NCBI GenBank assembly: GCA_028023455.1
Contig: JAQFVV010000004.1
Span: forward strand, 21,452,001 to 21,516,000
Source: Epiperipatus broadwayi
Lineage: Eukaryota; Animalia; Onychophora
Length of the DNA stretch: 64,000 nucleotides
Reading direction: 5' to 3'
Below, piece after piece: positions 27,850 to 38,899 of this stretch. Within the stretch, counting starts at the first letter, position 1; the number at the start of each line of letters is the position of its first letter. The translations under genes were made by a program, and so were the position numbers. The notes beneath the pieces are model-generated. The model saw only the letters and a list, made by a program, of their open reading frames with translations, made no database searches and had not been told where the DNA came from.

Positions 27850-27966
27850 ATCCTCCCTGGCCTTTATGTTGGCAATTTCAGAGATGCAAAAGATGATGAA
27901 CAGCTGAATAAACATAATATTACTCACATTGTAGCTGTTCATGACAATGCCAAAAAAATTCATGAA
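27850..27966 (+). CDS. DUSP22: Dual-specificity phosphatase 22/15-like, internal coding exon (117 nt, phase 0-0)
   Basis: tttag acceptor and gtaagt donor. Translates ILPGLYVGNFRDAKDDEQLNKHNITHIVAVHDNAKKIHE, matching the DUSP22/15 N-terminal DSPc segment (ILPGLYIGNFKDARD). Confidence 0.95.
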
Positions 27967-29495
27967 GTAAGTTAATATTTTTTTAAAGAAAATAGTGATA
28001 ATTTATTAGAACTGTTACTTATTATGCCTTTTAAAAATACTATATATTGGAATTACATGGAGATAAAAGATAGCATCACAACAAATTGTTTAATTTTTCA
28101 AAAGCAGTTTATCACTAATATTGATTTATTATATAGTATTTTAATTTGATTAATTTTTGGTGAATTTCTTTACTATCCTGATCAATTTCTTTATTCTAGT
28201 TACTTTTCTAAAATCATTATTATTTTGTCCTTGCTTTTCAATTTATGTTCACCTATTTTATGGGGGAACAATATTTTTATCGCAGGTGAAGTATTAGTAG
28301 AAATTTTGTTGTAACAAACTTCAAATTCATTATTTGTTATTATTGATTGAAAGAAATTTTATTATTTTAAGTCTTTTGTCCCCTTCTGTATTATTAGGAA
28401 ACAACTTATAAATGCTATACAATAATACTATTAGAAATATCCAGTTCTTTTAAAAACTTTCGATTTTTTAATTAACATTTTAAAATGAGTCTGAGATTTA
28501 CTGACTTTTTTTTCATCTATGAAATTTTAAGAACATGGTTTTTCCTCCTTGATTTAGATATTTTGGAGAAAGAAGTTTTACTATCATATCTGATTAATTA
28601 TAACATCAAAATACTATTGTACAAACAATTAAAAAGATAATTGCCATTAATTTGGGAGCTTTTTACTAATGGAAACTAAGCTGATTTATGAACTAGGAGA
28701 AATTCTTCATAATGTTGTAGACAATGCTTATTGAATATAATTAATCTTAGAAATAAAATTTAAAATCCAATATTATATTTGTCTGCTGAAAGCTACAATA
28801 AAGCATATCTTATTGAGATAACTATGACTTTTATCAGAAGTAGAAAATAATTAGTATTGAAATAACACTTTACTATTTATTGCTGATTCTTTAACGCTTT
28901 TTTAACATAGTAAATTTTTGTGTAATTTTTTTTTAAAGTTAATTAATAAAAATGTAATATATTTTGTAATTGAAAAAATAAAAGTAAGAAGGTTTAACAT
29001 GATTCCAGAAAATTAATAATAGTAAAAAGCAAAAATTATCGAGAATAGTAAATATAGTACTTGTTTTGGCTATTGGTGATGGAAGTAATTACTATAGAAA
29101 CTTTGAAACTAGTAGTTATTTAGTATGATGATAACATGAACAATTTTCAAATTGATCACTATTGCTATTAAATTATATTATTAGTTAGGTTAATTATGAA
29201 TGGTAGGATATTAATGGTTGGATAATGAATTGTGGGAATGGATGTTATTTATAAGTAGAGATGAAAATCATAGCTGTCTTTTTTAACTTTTGTGTTAAAG
29301 TACTCTTTTTTTTTAAAAAAAAAAAAATAGTATTCTATTCTAGTAATAAATTTATTTACAAATAATAAATAATGTCCACTAGAAGTTGTATATTTATATA
29401 TATTACATATGTATATATTTTATCTTTGCATATATATATATATATACGTGTTTATTTATTAAATATTTCATTACATTTATTTATTTTTTTCCTAG

Positions 29496-29620
29496 GATAA
29501 AGAATATTTATGTATTTTGGCTTCAGATTCACCAAGTCAAGATCTTACAAGTTTTTTTCCTACTTGCAATGATTTCATCCATGAAGCAAGACTCAAAGGA
29601 GGAGGTGTTCTTATTCATTG
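29496..29620 (+). CDS. DUSP22: DUSP22/15-like coding exon (125 nt, phase 0-2)
   Basis: cctag acceptor and gttagt donor. Translates DKEYLCILASDSPSQDLTSFFPTCNDFIHEARLKGGGVLIH plus TG of the catalytic Cys codon, and includes the general-acid Asp (ASDS). Confidence 0.95.
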
Positions 29621-29648
29621 GTTAGTTAATAAAATTTGTAATATGTAG

Positions 29649-31737
29649 TGTAATGGGCCACCCTGTTTCTCTCAAATGCTTCTCTATATCCCTACGCTTA
29701 TATATGTAATTATAACGTAATTACTTATTTAATGAATATCACATACCCTCGGACATAAATTTGAATAAATCATCTATAATGGTCGGGGTGTATTGGAAGT
29801 TTGAGTCTTATTGTATCTGCCGTGCAGGGCACCATCAGGCTATTTGGAAAATTTATATAGTAGGCAGATACACATTGTTAAAGATCCAATTTTTATTTAT
29901 TAAGACCGTCAGCCCTTGCCACTAGCTCATGGAGTAGCAGAGGTTTAAAACATATTTATTAAAATATATTTTTAATAAAGATTTAAAAAAATAAACTAGA
30001 TCACTGCCAGTACTAATAACACAAAAGATTTTATTCACGTATATATAGGTGACAACACACAAACTTGAAAAATAATTACTATAAAAAACAATTATGAATC
30101 ATTATTATTATTATTATTATTTACTTTAAATTTTAATCTTAGAATGTTGAGCATAGATAGGCCACCTAGACGACGCACTTAAAAGATTTTCAAAATATTT
30201 GACTGGCTAAAAGTCTGCAGCCACACCAACGCTCGCTTCCTGATATATATCAGCAACCAATGCAATGTGAACATGTTAGCATAGAACCACGCTGTCAGAG
30301 CGGTCTATCTTGCCGACTTATAGTCCCTATCCATAGAGCTGAAAGGGGTCAATGTCGTGGGAAGTACTCCACATCCATTTCAACACCATGACTACCTCTT
30401 TGGGGTCATGCATTCAGTTGGGCACGTTGCTCTGTGTGCTAACACACTTCACATTATGTTGATATAAACATCCATATATCTCTCCACCAGCATTGACACA
30501 GCTATGAAAGAAAGAGTCCGAAATCAAAACCCCTTTTACTAACATATACTTAAACGAGTCTAAGCAGCTATCTACACTCATCTTTAAGTCAATTTAATAA
30601 TTTAATTCTTTAAAAAAAATATTTAGTTTAGGGTATTGAACTTATTTTAAAATTACACATTGTATTCAACTTATTTTTACATCAAATAATAGATTTGACT
30701 TTTTTTTAAAAAAAAAAAAAAAATCTAATAATGCACAAATAATGATACATGTTTGATTTTATCTTTAAATTTATTTGCAATCGCAAACTCCTGCCCTATT
30801 ACAAACAGACCTTATACTAAGCATAAATATAAAAAAATATAATACATATTTTAAAAAGATCAGTTTAAATTTTAGATAAGACTTTAAAATTGCAAAGTTT
30901 ATAAAAAATAAAGTTCAGGTTTGATCAGGAAAGAAAGTCTATAGTTCATATTTAAAGGAAAATAAAGTTCGAAGATTTTAAATTAAAGAGAGATTATATT
31001 TCATTTTTATCACTTATAATTTATACTTTCCTTTCTCTGGGCTCGTTTCTTCGCGACGAAGATCTGAGTTTACGCAAGAGCCATTTCTTGTGGACGATGA
31101 CGATTTATGAAAGCTTTACGATTTCTGAAGACGTTACTAGTGGTTCGATCCTGGGATCCATGGAGATGAAAGCTGCCTTCAGCCGGCCGAACCGAAGGAA
31201 GCGCGATGAAACAGATTACATTTTTGGTAACGGCGACAATAACTTAAATTTTTTTTACTTTTCAACAACAACACACTAATTCAAAATTCTAATTTTCTAA
31301 TCCCTTATTTTTTTTGAATTTTTCCTTTTATAGTCCTGAGGCGTCTTATCTAGGAATGTGCGGATCCATCAAACATATTCAGTAATTTTCCTCTGTGGTC
31401 TGTGTATATCTTGGGCGGGAAAAGCAAGCCTTTTGTTTCTATTTCTCGACTCATCTATTTCATCTTTTTAATAGTCATTTTGCCCTAAGGATCTGTTTGT
31501 AATTTTATTTTTGTAATGGTTTTTATTATATTTATTTAAAATTTAGAATCTTTGCTTCGATTCTATAATTTTTTTAAGCTTATTTTATTTCAATATTTAA
31601 ATTAAACTTATTAATAAATTAATAACTCATTATTTGTGCATTTTGAACATTGCGCTTTTAATTCAGTATTAGATATTTATAATAAAAAAATTTAAGTACT
31701 AAAATTTAAATGTAACGTATATATATATCCCGTTACA
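29649..31737. mobile_element. Unclassified TG...CA-ended non-coding repeat, copy B (apparently complete, 2.09 kb)
   Basis: Ends TGTAATGGG...CCCGTTACA form an imperfect terminal inverted repeat. There is a 3'-terminal hairpin tgtaacg-(ta)n-cc-cgttaca and internal motifs collinear with copy A. No target-site duplication is visible. Confidence 0.7.
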
Positions 31738-31739
31738 CA

Positions 31740-34700
31740 CCTTATGGTATTAACAATATTTTATTTAAATGATTTCTGATCCTCTGGATTTCCGATAATA
31801 TAGAAATTTATATTTCTTTCAAATGATTTAGAAGATCCGATCATATTTCTCGCCCAGCATATTTATGGACATCAATTTATGACTCCAAGCGCCAATCTTA
31901 TTTTCATAAGAATTATGCTGGAAGAGAGGTAATACAGTGAGGGATAATTATTAAGCCCTGCCACTAGCTAGCCCCTCAGGACAGGTGGTTATTTAACCGT
32001 GGAAAAATATATGAAGGATGACGATAAATCAATCTGTACTAACTCGAACTAACCGTTTCTATTTCATTTAAATCTACCTTCCCCCCTTCTCTACACTCTG
32101 CAGACAAACCAAAATAATTGCTATTAATTTTAATACTAGACATAATTAATAATCATAAATACTAATATTTGTGCTCAAATATTTTTATTTCATGTATAAA
32201 ACACATGTATATACACACACACACTGTGCAGATTGACAAATAAAGAAAAATTTATAAGACAAAAAAAAATAATCATATCAAATCCATTTAACTGTAGATC
32301 ATTATTTTAAAAATTACAGATATATTTCATCAGTTAATCACTTTCTAAATTTCTCTAGTTATTATAATATGGAGAATGCGGTAATATTGGGAGTGAAAGA
32401 AAGATATACATGAAAGTTTATATTACCTGTATTTTTCCCTGGGGATAATGGCGGAAACATGAAAGCAATGGTAATAATTTTCTCGGATGGTGTGTAAAAA
32501 TAGGCTTTTTATGTGAACAATCCAATCTATTTCCCAGCTTGGTCTTGATTTTTTTCGGATTAGGTCATGGTTGAAATATTTCAGGATAGACTTCCTTCCA
32601 GTCTCGGCACTTATTCCACCACACAGCAGCACACATCTCTTCAGGGATGGGATTTAAAGCCCAGCATGCTTAAGCCTTTACCCTGCATATTCATAGCTGG
32701 TGAATGCTTTGGCTGCTTTCTGAAAATTTTTTTATTTAATCACGCGTTGAGAATTAATTTTTTTCAAAGCTGTGTCAATACTAACTGTCACTTTTCTGTG
32801 TTTTATATCTCCAATTTTTTTTTGTCCACTCTCCCTTTTTTCTTTTTTTCTAAAAAGTTCTTCTTCATCTTCATTACCACATGGTGTTGAGGTCCCACTT
32901 CTCTTTAAATAATGCAAAAAGCTTTTAGCACCTTTTTCTACTTTCAAGGTTAGGAAATTCCGTTGACTACCTGTAATTTGTTTTCAATTTTTTATTTCTT
33001 TGTTTTTCCTTTAAATTCTTCAGATAACAATCTGTACAGTTTTAATATTTTTTCTTCATTTAAAATCTCTTTTTTCTATAAAATAAGCTTCCATCTTTGA
33101 AATTGAATTTATATATATTTTTTTAATTTCGTTCATCCATCCATCCACACAGCAAATATATGTACATACTTGTGTTTCAATAAAATAAAAAGATCACAGA
33201 TTCCCCTCCCCCCTTTCTACATATTTATTTTAACCTTTTCCTACCAACTTAAAAAAAAAATCAAATCAAATATACGCGATTAAATAATATCAGAACTCTA
33301 TGCTGTACTGGTCGAAAAACGTCTATCCATCCAACAAGCACCGGAATATAGATAAAGTACCTAGAGTCCAACCATGTACAAGATATATAAGTCAGGTATA
33401 TCTTGGATTCTGTCCTATTTGCCTATATCCCCAAGTCAAAGATCTAATCAATAACATTTCTTAACGATACCATCGAATTCCTTCACTTTCACCGTCCCAG
33501 AGCAGAGCCTTCGAGCATGAGATACATTATAATTATAATTCAGTGAGAACTTGGGTGATGGCATTTATACATATAATTTAAAATCAAATATTAATTAAAA
33601 TAAAAAGTAAATGAAATGATATATATATTTTAACTCATTAATGATTTTAGATTTACATTTGACTCAAGCTCACTAAAAACAAAGTTCTTTACATTAGTTT
33701 ATATTTAAACAAGTAGGTTTATATGATACCGCATCATGTAAGACAGGTTTACATTAGCGGTTATCTTTTTAGTTTATTTAGTTTGCACAAATTTATTTGT
33801 TTACATTATTTTAAAAGAAACAAAAAAAAAACTTAAATTAAATGACCACGGATTTTGAATATATCTAAATTTTTCGTTCACATTTATTACAAGATGGCGG
33901 GATGATTTTGATCAATCAGTGTGTTTAATATTTGACAAACTGATTGAAAATAATAAACATTTCTTTCCGATTTAAATATTCTAAGACATTTTATATTAAA
34001 CTGATGTCAAAGAAAAACAATTATAACAAACTGATTTGACGTCTTACTCAAATGGCACAAGAAAAGAAAATTATTTATTTTTCTTTTCTTTGTGAATAAC
34101 AATTAAATCTTAATTAACATAACATTTTAATTTTATAAGAGGACCTTGCTGGAACAAAGTTAAAAAATAACCTGACAGTGATTTAGAACTGTAAGCTATT
34201 ATGAAAAAAAAATAGAACAGTTAATTATCGAGCGCATAAGCCGCATTAGTTGGACTTTCAATCAAATCATTCTTATAAGTCTATAATGTGAATTAGCTAA
34301 ATTAAAAGATTTTAACTAATCGCGAATTAAAACAAAAGAATTGGTTACTCAGGCTGAAGATTCTTGAGTAGAGTCATTTCTCTATAGCTTACGCATTAGA
34401 TAGGCGATAAAATAAAAGCGAAACAATGTCGTGTTCCAAGGAGTAAGCTTGTGGTTTAAGAACTGTAGAGGTCCCTACTATCGCATTTTTATACGCATGT
34501 GCTTGAGGCTACAGCCTTAATGAATATTAAACATATGAATGCAACTGAAAGAAAACATGTAGGTTCATATGAGCCGCTTGACAGACACTCACATGCCTAC
34601 TCCAACCAAGAAAAGAGGTTGAGTACGTCCGCCATGTTGCGAAACAAATACCGAATGGAGATAGGAATTACGGGGAGCCCCATGTTCGCCTGTATGTATA

Positions 34701-36100
34701 TCATGCAGACTACCCAACTCTACCTCAGTTACTCTCCGGCCCACAGACACATGTGTAACCGGGAGTCAGCTCCTAACACAATTAAGTGACTGTTTTAGGT
34801 CTATCCAAGCATTCCTTATTAACCCGAGATTTCATAATAACCAAATATGAATAGTTATAATTAAATAGCCTTAAATGATCTAATACTGCATAGAGATCAA
34901 CCTGCGCAACCAATTACTTCACGTAAATATTTAACTAATATAAATATAAATCTCAAATAAAAAATTTCTTTAATTTTAAACATTGATTTTTATGGATGCG
35001 ACTCAGATATATACATATATTAACGGAGCTTTTATATATATAAAAGCACAAACAAATCTTTTAAATAATTTTGTGTTTTTATTCTTAATTATATGTCATT
35101 TGTTTTATAAATATTTTCTTCATATAAGTACACAAAATATTCAAGATGGAAGATGGCTGTCCAAGAATAATTAAAGGGGTGGGATTCATGATTTTAAAAA
35201 GAATTTTTTAACTAAAGTTAATGAAAGTAAAATTTAAAAACAAAGCTAATTGATTTTAATTAGAGATTAACATTTTTTATCAAATCTATTTCCAATCTGG
35301 AAATTGATTTGAAATTATTTTTGGACAGCTATCTAACGATTCCATCATAGCTAAAATATTTCTGTTAATTAAAGATAAGAAGTTTTAATTAAAAAAACAT
35401 TCTTTGAACACCTTATAGTTTTGTATAAATAGGGCCAAAATTCTATTGTGTCAAAAAAAGAGAGAGTTAGGTCAATAGTCTTTAACCGACTTCACGTCTG
35501 TAATATAGGGTATATGAGCACAGACTTTCAGATGACCCATCACTCTCCACTCTATCTAATAACACTGATACACTCAAGCACATATATGCTGAAAAGATAA
35601 ATAATCACCAATATACGTATTTCATGCTAAACCAGAAATCATCAGTTGTTCTAGATTATCATCTCCCACACATATATACTGTAAGTGCTCAGATATATAT
35701 TAAGATAGACAATCTTCATACTTTAATGGGCAGGCTCCAATCTACTACATCCAACTCTTCAACCGTCCATCCAATTGAAAATCCGATAATGGAGTGCTCG
35801 AAGGCCACCCTGAGGCCGAGATTCTTGTCACACCCATGTTGACCTAAGGTCAATCTGAACCCCACATGTACAGGACATAACATCTGTGTAATTTTTGAGG
35901 GGCTTCAGCTGCCTTCCCCTCCGTCTTCAGCTCCACTTTTTGCCGTACATGATGTAGTTTCTACCGTTCAAGTGTGCCCGTGCCGTCAAGGAACCGCCGA
36001 GACCAAGAGACAAAATTTGTCTATATTCCATAGAATGCTGAGGTAACCAGCCCAAAGTCATTATAATCGTATTACCTAAATTATAACTTGTAAACTCTTT
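31740..36100. mobile_element. Diverged member of the same repeat group, copy C (boundaries uncertain)
   Basis: aagccctgccactagct at 31953-31969 is shared with A and B; agctgccttc near 35907 is shared with B. It holds a decayed minus-strand ORF (32423-33150) and a hammerhead unit (35499-35690). Confidence 0.45.
35606..35651 (-). ncRNA. Type I minimal hammerhead ribozyme motif, family 1 (decayed stem II)
   Basis: The minus strand reads gaacaa-CTGATGA-tttctggtttagcat-GAAA-tacgta-TA-ttggtg, with a palindromic stem III (ATACGTAT). Its flanks align with the 37346 copy for ~150 bp. Confidence 0.7.
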
Positions 36101-37317
36101 AAATTAATGTTTGTATATTTAAACCTTTTTTTTTTTTTCAACTCGCTAATCGACGAGTACGTTAAAACTAATAATTATTTATTTTCTTTATATCGATTCT
36201 CTTTAACATAAATTAATAATACTATAAAACATTTCATTCAACTCATGCTTCTTACTTTCTTTTATAAATTAATGCGGTTATAATTTATTCTAACTGATAT
36301 TTTCATATTTTTCACTAGACTTTTATTTTTAAATGCAAATCAAACCCGGTTTTATGAACTTAGAAGGGGGGGGGATTAATGAGTTCGTATTTATTTCTAA
36401 CTAGTTCGTAAGACTGAGTTTTTCTTATAAAATGAATATATGTTTTTTTTTAAATATATTTTACCGTAAAAATTATACAAAATGTATAAATATTTTTCTG
36501 TTGTTTGCACTTTTAAGTGCATGAATTTTAGTTTTTTTTATATATTTAAACATAATAGAATTGATTCAAGAAGGGGAAGCAATGTAAACTTCATTAATTA
36601 TAGCGTTAACTTTTAATAAATGACTAATTTATCTTACACGGGTCATTATTTTAACATGTCATTACGTATTTGTTAAACTATTTAAGGCTTTATATTTATT
36701 CTTTAAATCCAAGGATTTTATATTATTATAATTTACAGATTGTATTGTTAAAAAAATATTCAGAAGCATTTTAAGAGTTAATTCATTAAGAGAATTGAAT
36801 GATTTAATTATTTTTTATCATTATTTTTTAAAACATTGTCTCATTGCTTGAGCCAGTTACTATGTCATCTGTAGAATTGCCCCTTTGTGTAATTCACTAT
36901 AAATCAGAATCTTATTATAAATTTTAATAAACTAATCAGATCCTTTTGGAATGAAATTATGATACTATTACAGATTTGCAAATATTTAGCTTGATGCTAA
37001 AGGCATCAGATGCATATATGATGCTTATTGACAATCAAAAATTGACTTTGCAAAAATAGCCAGCCCATAAATAAGGTAGCCATATTATATTAATTTTCTT
37101 TCTTTTACAAATATATAATTTTCATTATTTTTAAGAATCTTTTAAAACCTAATTTATCAAAGCAGTTTAAGTATTACGAAATATAAATAATAATTAACTC
37201 TTGTGATTAAATAAATTATCAAATAATACAAATGTTTTATTTTATCTGATTTAAAATCAATGCAAACACTTACTAAATCTAAATTATTAATATCTCTAGA
37301 CAAACATATTCAAAATA

Positions 37318-37499
37318 TGTAAATATAGGAGATTTGAACTCAGACTTACAACTGATGAATGCTGGTTCAGCACGAAATACGTATATTGGTGATTATTTAT
37401 CTTTTCTACATGTGTGTGTTTATGTGTATCAGTGGTATGAGATAATGTGGATAGTTGTAGGTTGCTTGTAAGTCTGAGTTCAAATTCCCTATATTTACA
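37318..37499. repeat. 182-bp unit with 34-bp inverted arms enclosing a hammerhead motif
   Basis: 37318-37351 is the reverse complement of 37466-37499 with 2 mismatches (tgtaaatatagg..atttgaactcagacttacaa). Confidence 0.9.
37346..37391 (+). ncRNA. Type I minimal hammerhead ribozyme motif, family 1
   Basis: acaa-CTGATGA(37352-58)-a-TGCTG-gtt-CAGCA-c-GAAA(37374-77)-tacgta-TA-ttggtg. The core is intact, stem II is 5 bp, stem III is the palindrome ATACGTAT and stem I is only 3 bp. Confidence 0.8.
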
Positions 37500-38899
37500 A
37501 TTAAGTTCCAGATATAAGAATGCCTGTATTTCAAATCTTTCAAAGTATGTAACTAAAATACTTCACTTCATCACATTGCAAAAGAATTCTGATAATCAGC
37601 AAGCAATGTGAGGTTTTTGTTTTTGAGTTTCAGTTTTATCAACTTATATTGAAGCTATATATATGTGCACACATATATTCTTCACACCAACTTATAAATA
37701 AATAATTTTTAATTTGCGACTTTCAATTTATAATGAAATAATATTAATTTTATAGAAAATCTATTTATTAAAAATTTATTAAAGACACATAGATGTATTG
37801 GGGGTCAGAAAAAAGAGCTGAGATTAAATAAATAATTTACATTCCAATTGTATAACCAATTCTAGAAATTTGTAAGATTCATTTAATTTAGAATTTGGCT
37901 AATTAAATTTCTGAACATTTTAGTTAGTAAAGGCCAATTAATTATAGAACATAAATATATTATAATTGGCATAGAAATCTTATTTAAGTGATGAAAAAAG
38001 TAATCCCTTTGTATTTTATATTTACAAGAATATTTTAAATATTTTATCTTGCAGTAAAAGGTGTTAATGTATTTTTAATTCCAGGAATGCCACAGACAAA
38101 AGGCATTAGGAATTTGGAAAATTTCACTAATTAATAAAATAGATGCAAGATTAAATTGTCATTTAATTAATCCAAATTATTATCAATAAAAATATTTTTT
38201 AATTAAAATTAATCCATTTTGTCTAAAGTTGTATAAATATCTCAGAAAAAATGTAGATTATTATTATGCTTATTCTTTGTTCTTCTGAAAAGATTCTTCA
38301 AGATTATTATTAAGAAAATTATTGAAATCCTCACTGCTATAACTAGTGAGTAGAAAGTTTGTGTCCACTTCCCCTTTTCTGTCTCTAGGGAGCATAAGTT
38401 GGAATTTCAATGCAGTTTATGAACTGCTGCTCATGTGAAGTATGCTGAAGTGTACCTGTGCAATGCTCCTGTCATTATCAAAGAATTTAGCCTGCTAACT
38501 GACTTGCCATGCTGTCCTTCCAGAAGTAAGAAATCACATAATCAATTTAGCCACCTTCAGTCATTATGCTTGTCGAAGAACCAGCCTGTTTTCAATCAAT
38601 TATTAATATCTGAGAAAAGATCATGTGAATTTCTCCGTGAAAGCTGCGCGTTGCCATTATATCTCATGCTGTTTCTTCATATTTTGCCGTATTTTCAAAT
38701 CCTTCACAAATGTAATAAAAGCAGGAACATTTGAACTCTACCTGCATCCTCCTGTACTGGTAAAGCAATTCATAGTGATTGGTGGTTTTCTTTTATTTGT
38801 ATAATTTAATTTTGTTAATTTTCTTTAATTTTACTTTAACTAAATTAACTTATATTGTTAAGAATAATTGAATATATTGCTAGATGCGATCATTCTTAA

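Noticed and set aside
29386-29625. Supplied 79-aa ORF as a gene
   Set aside because: It overlaps the real exon in another frame and begins in a TA-rich intronic tract.
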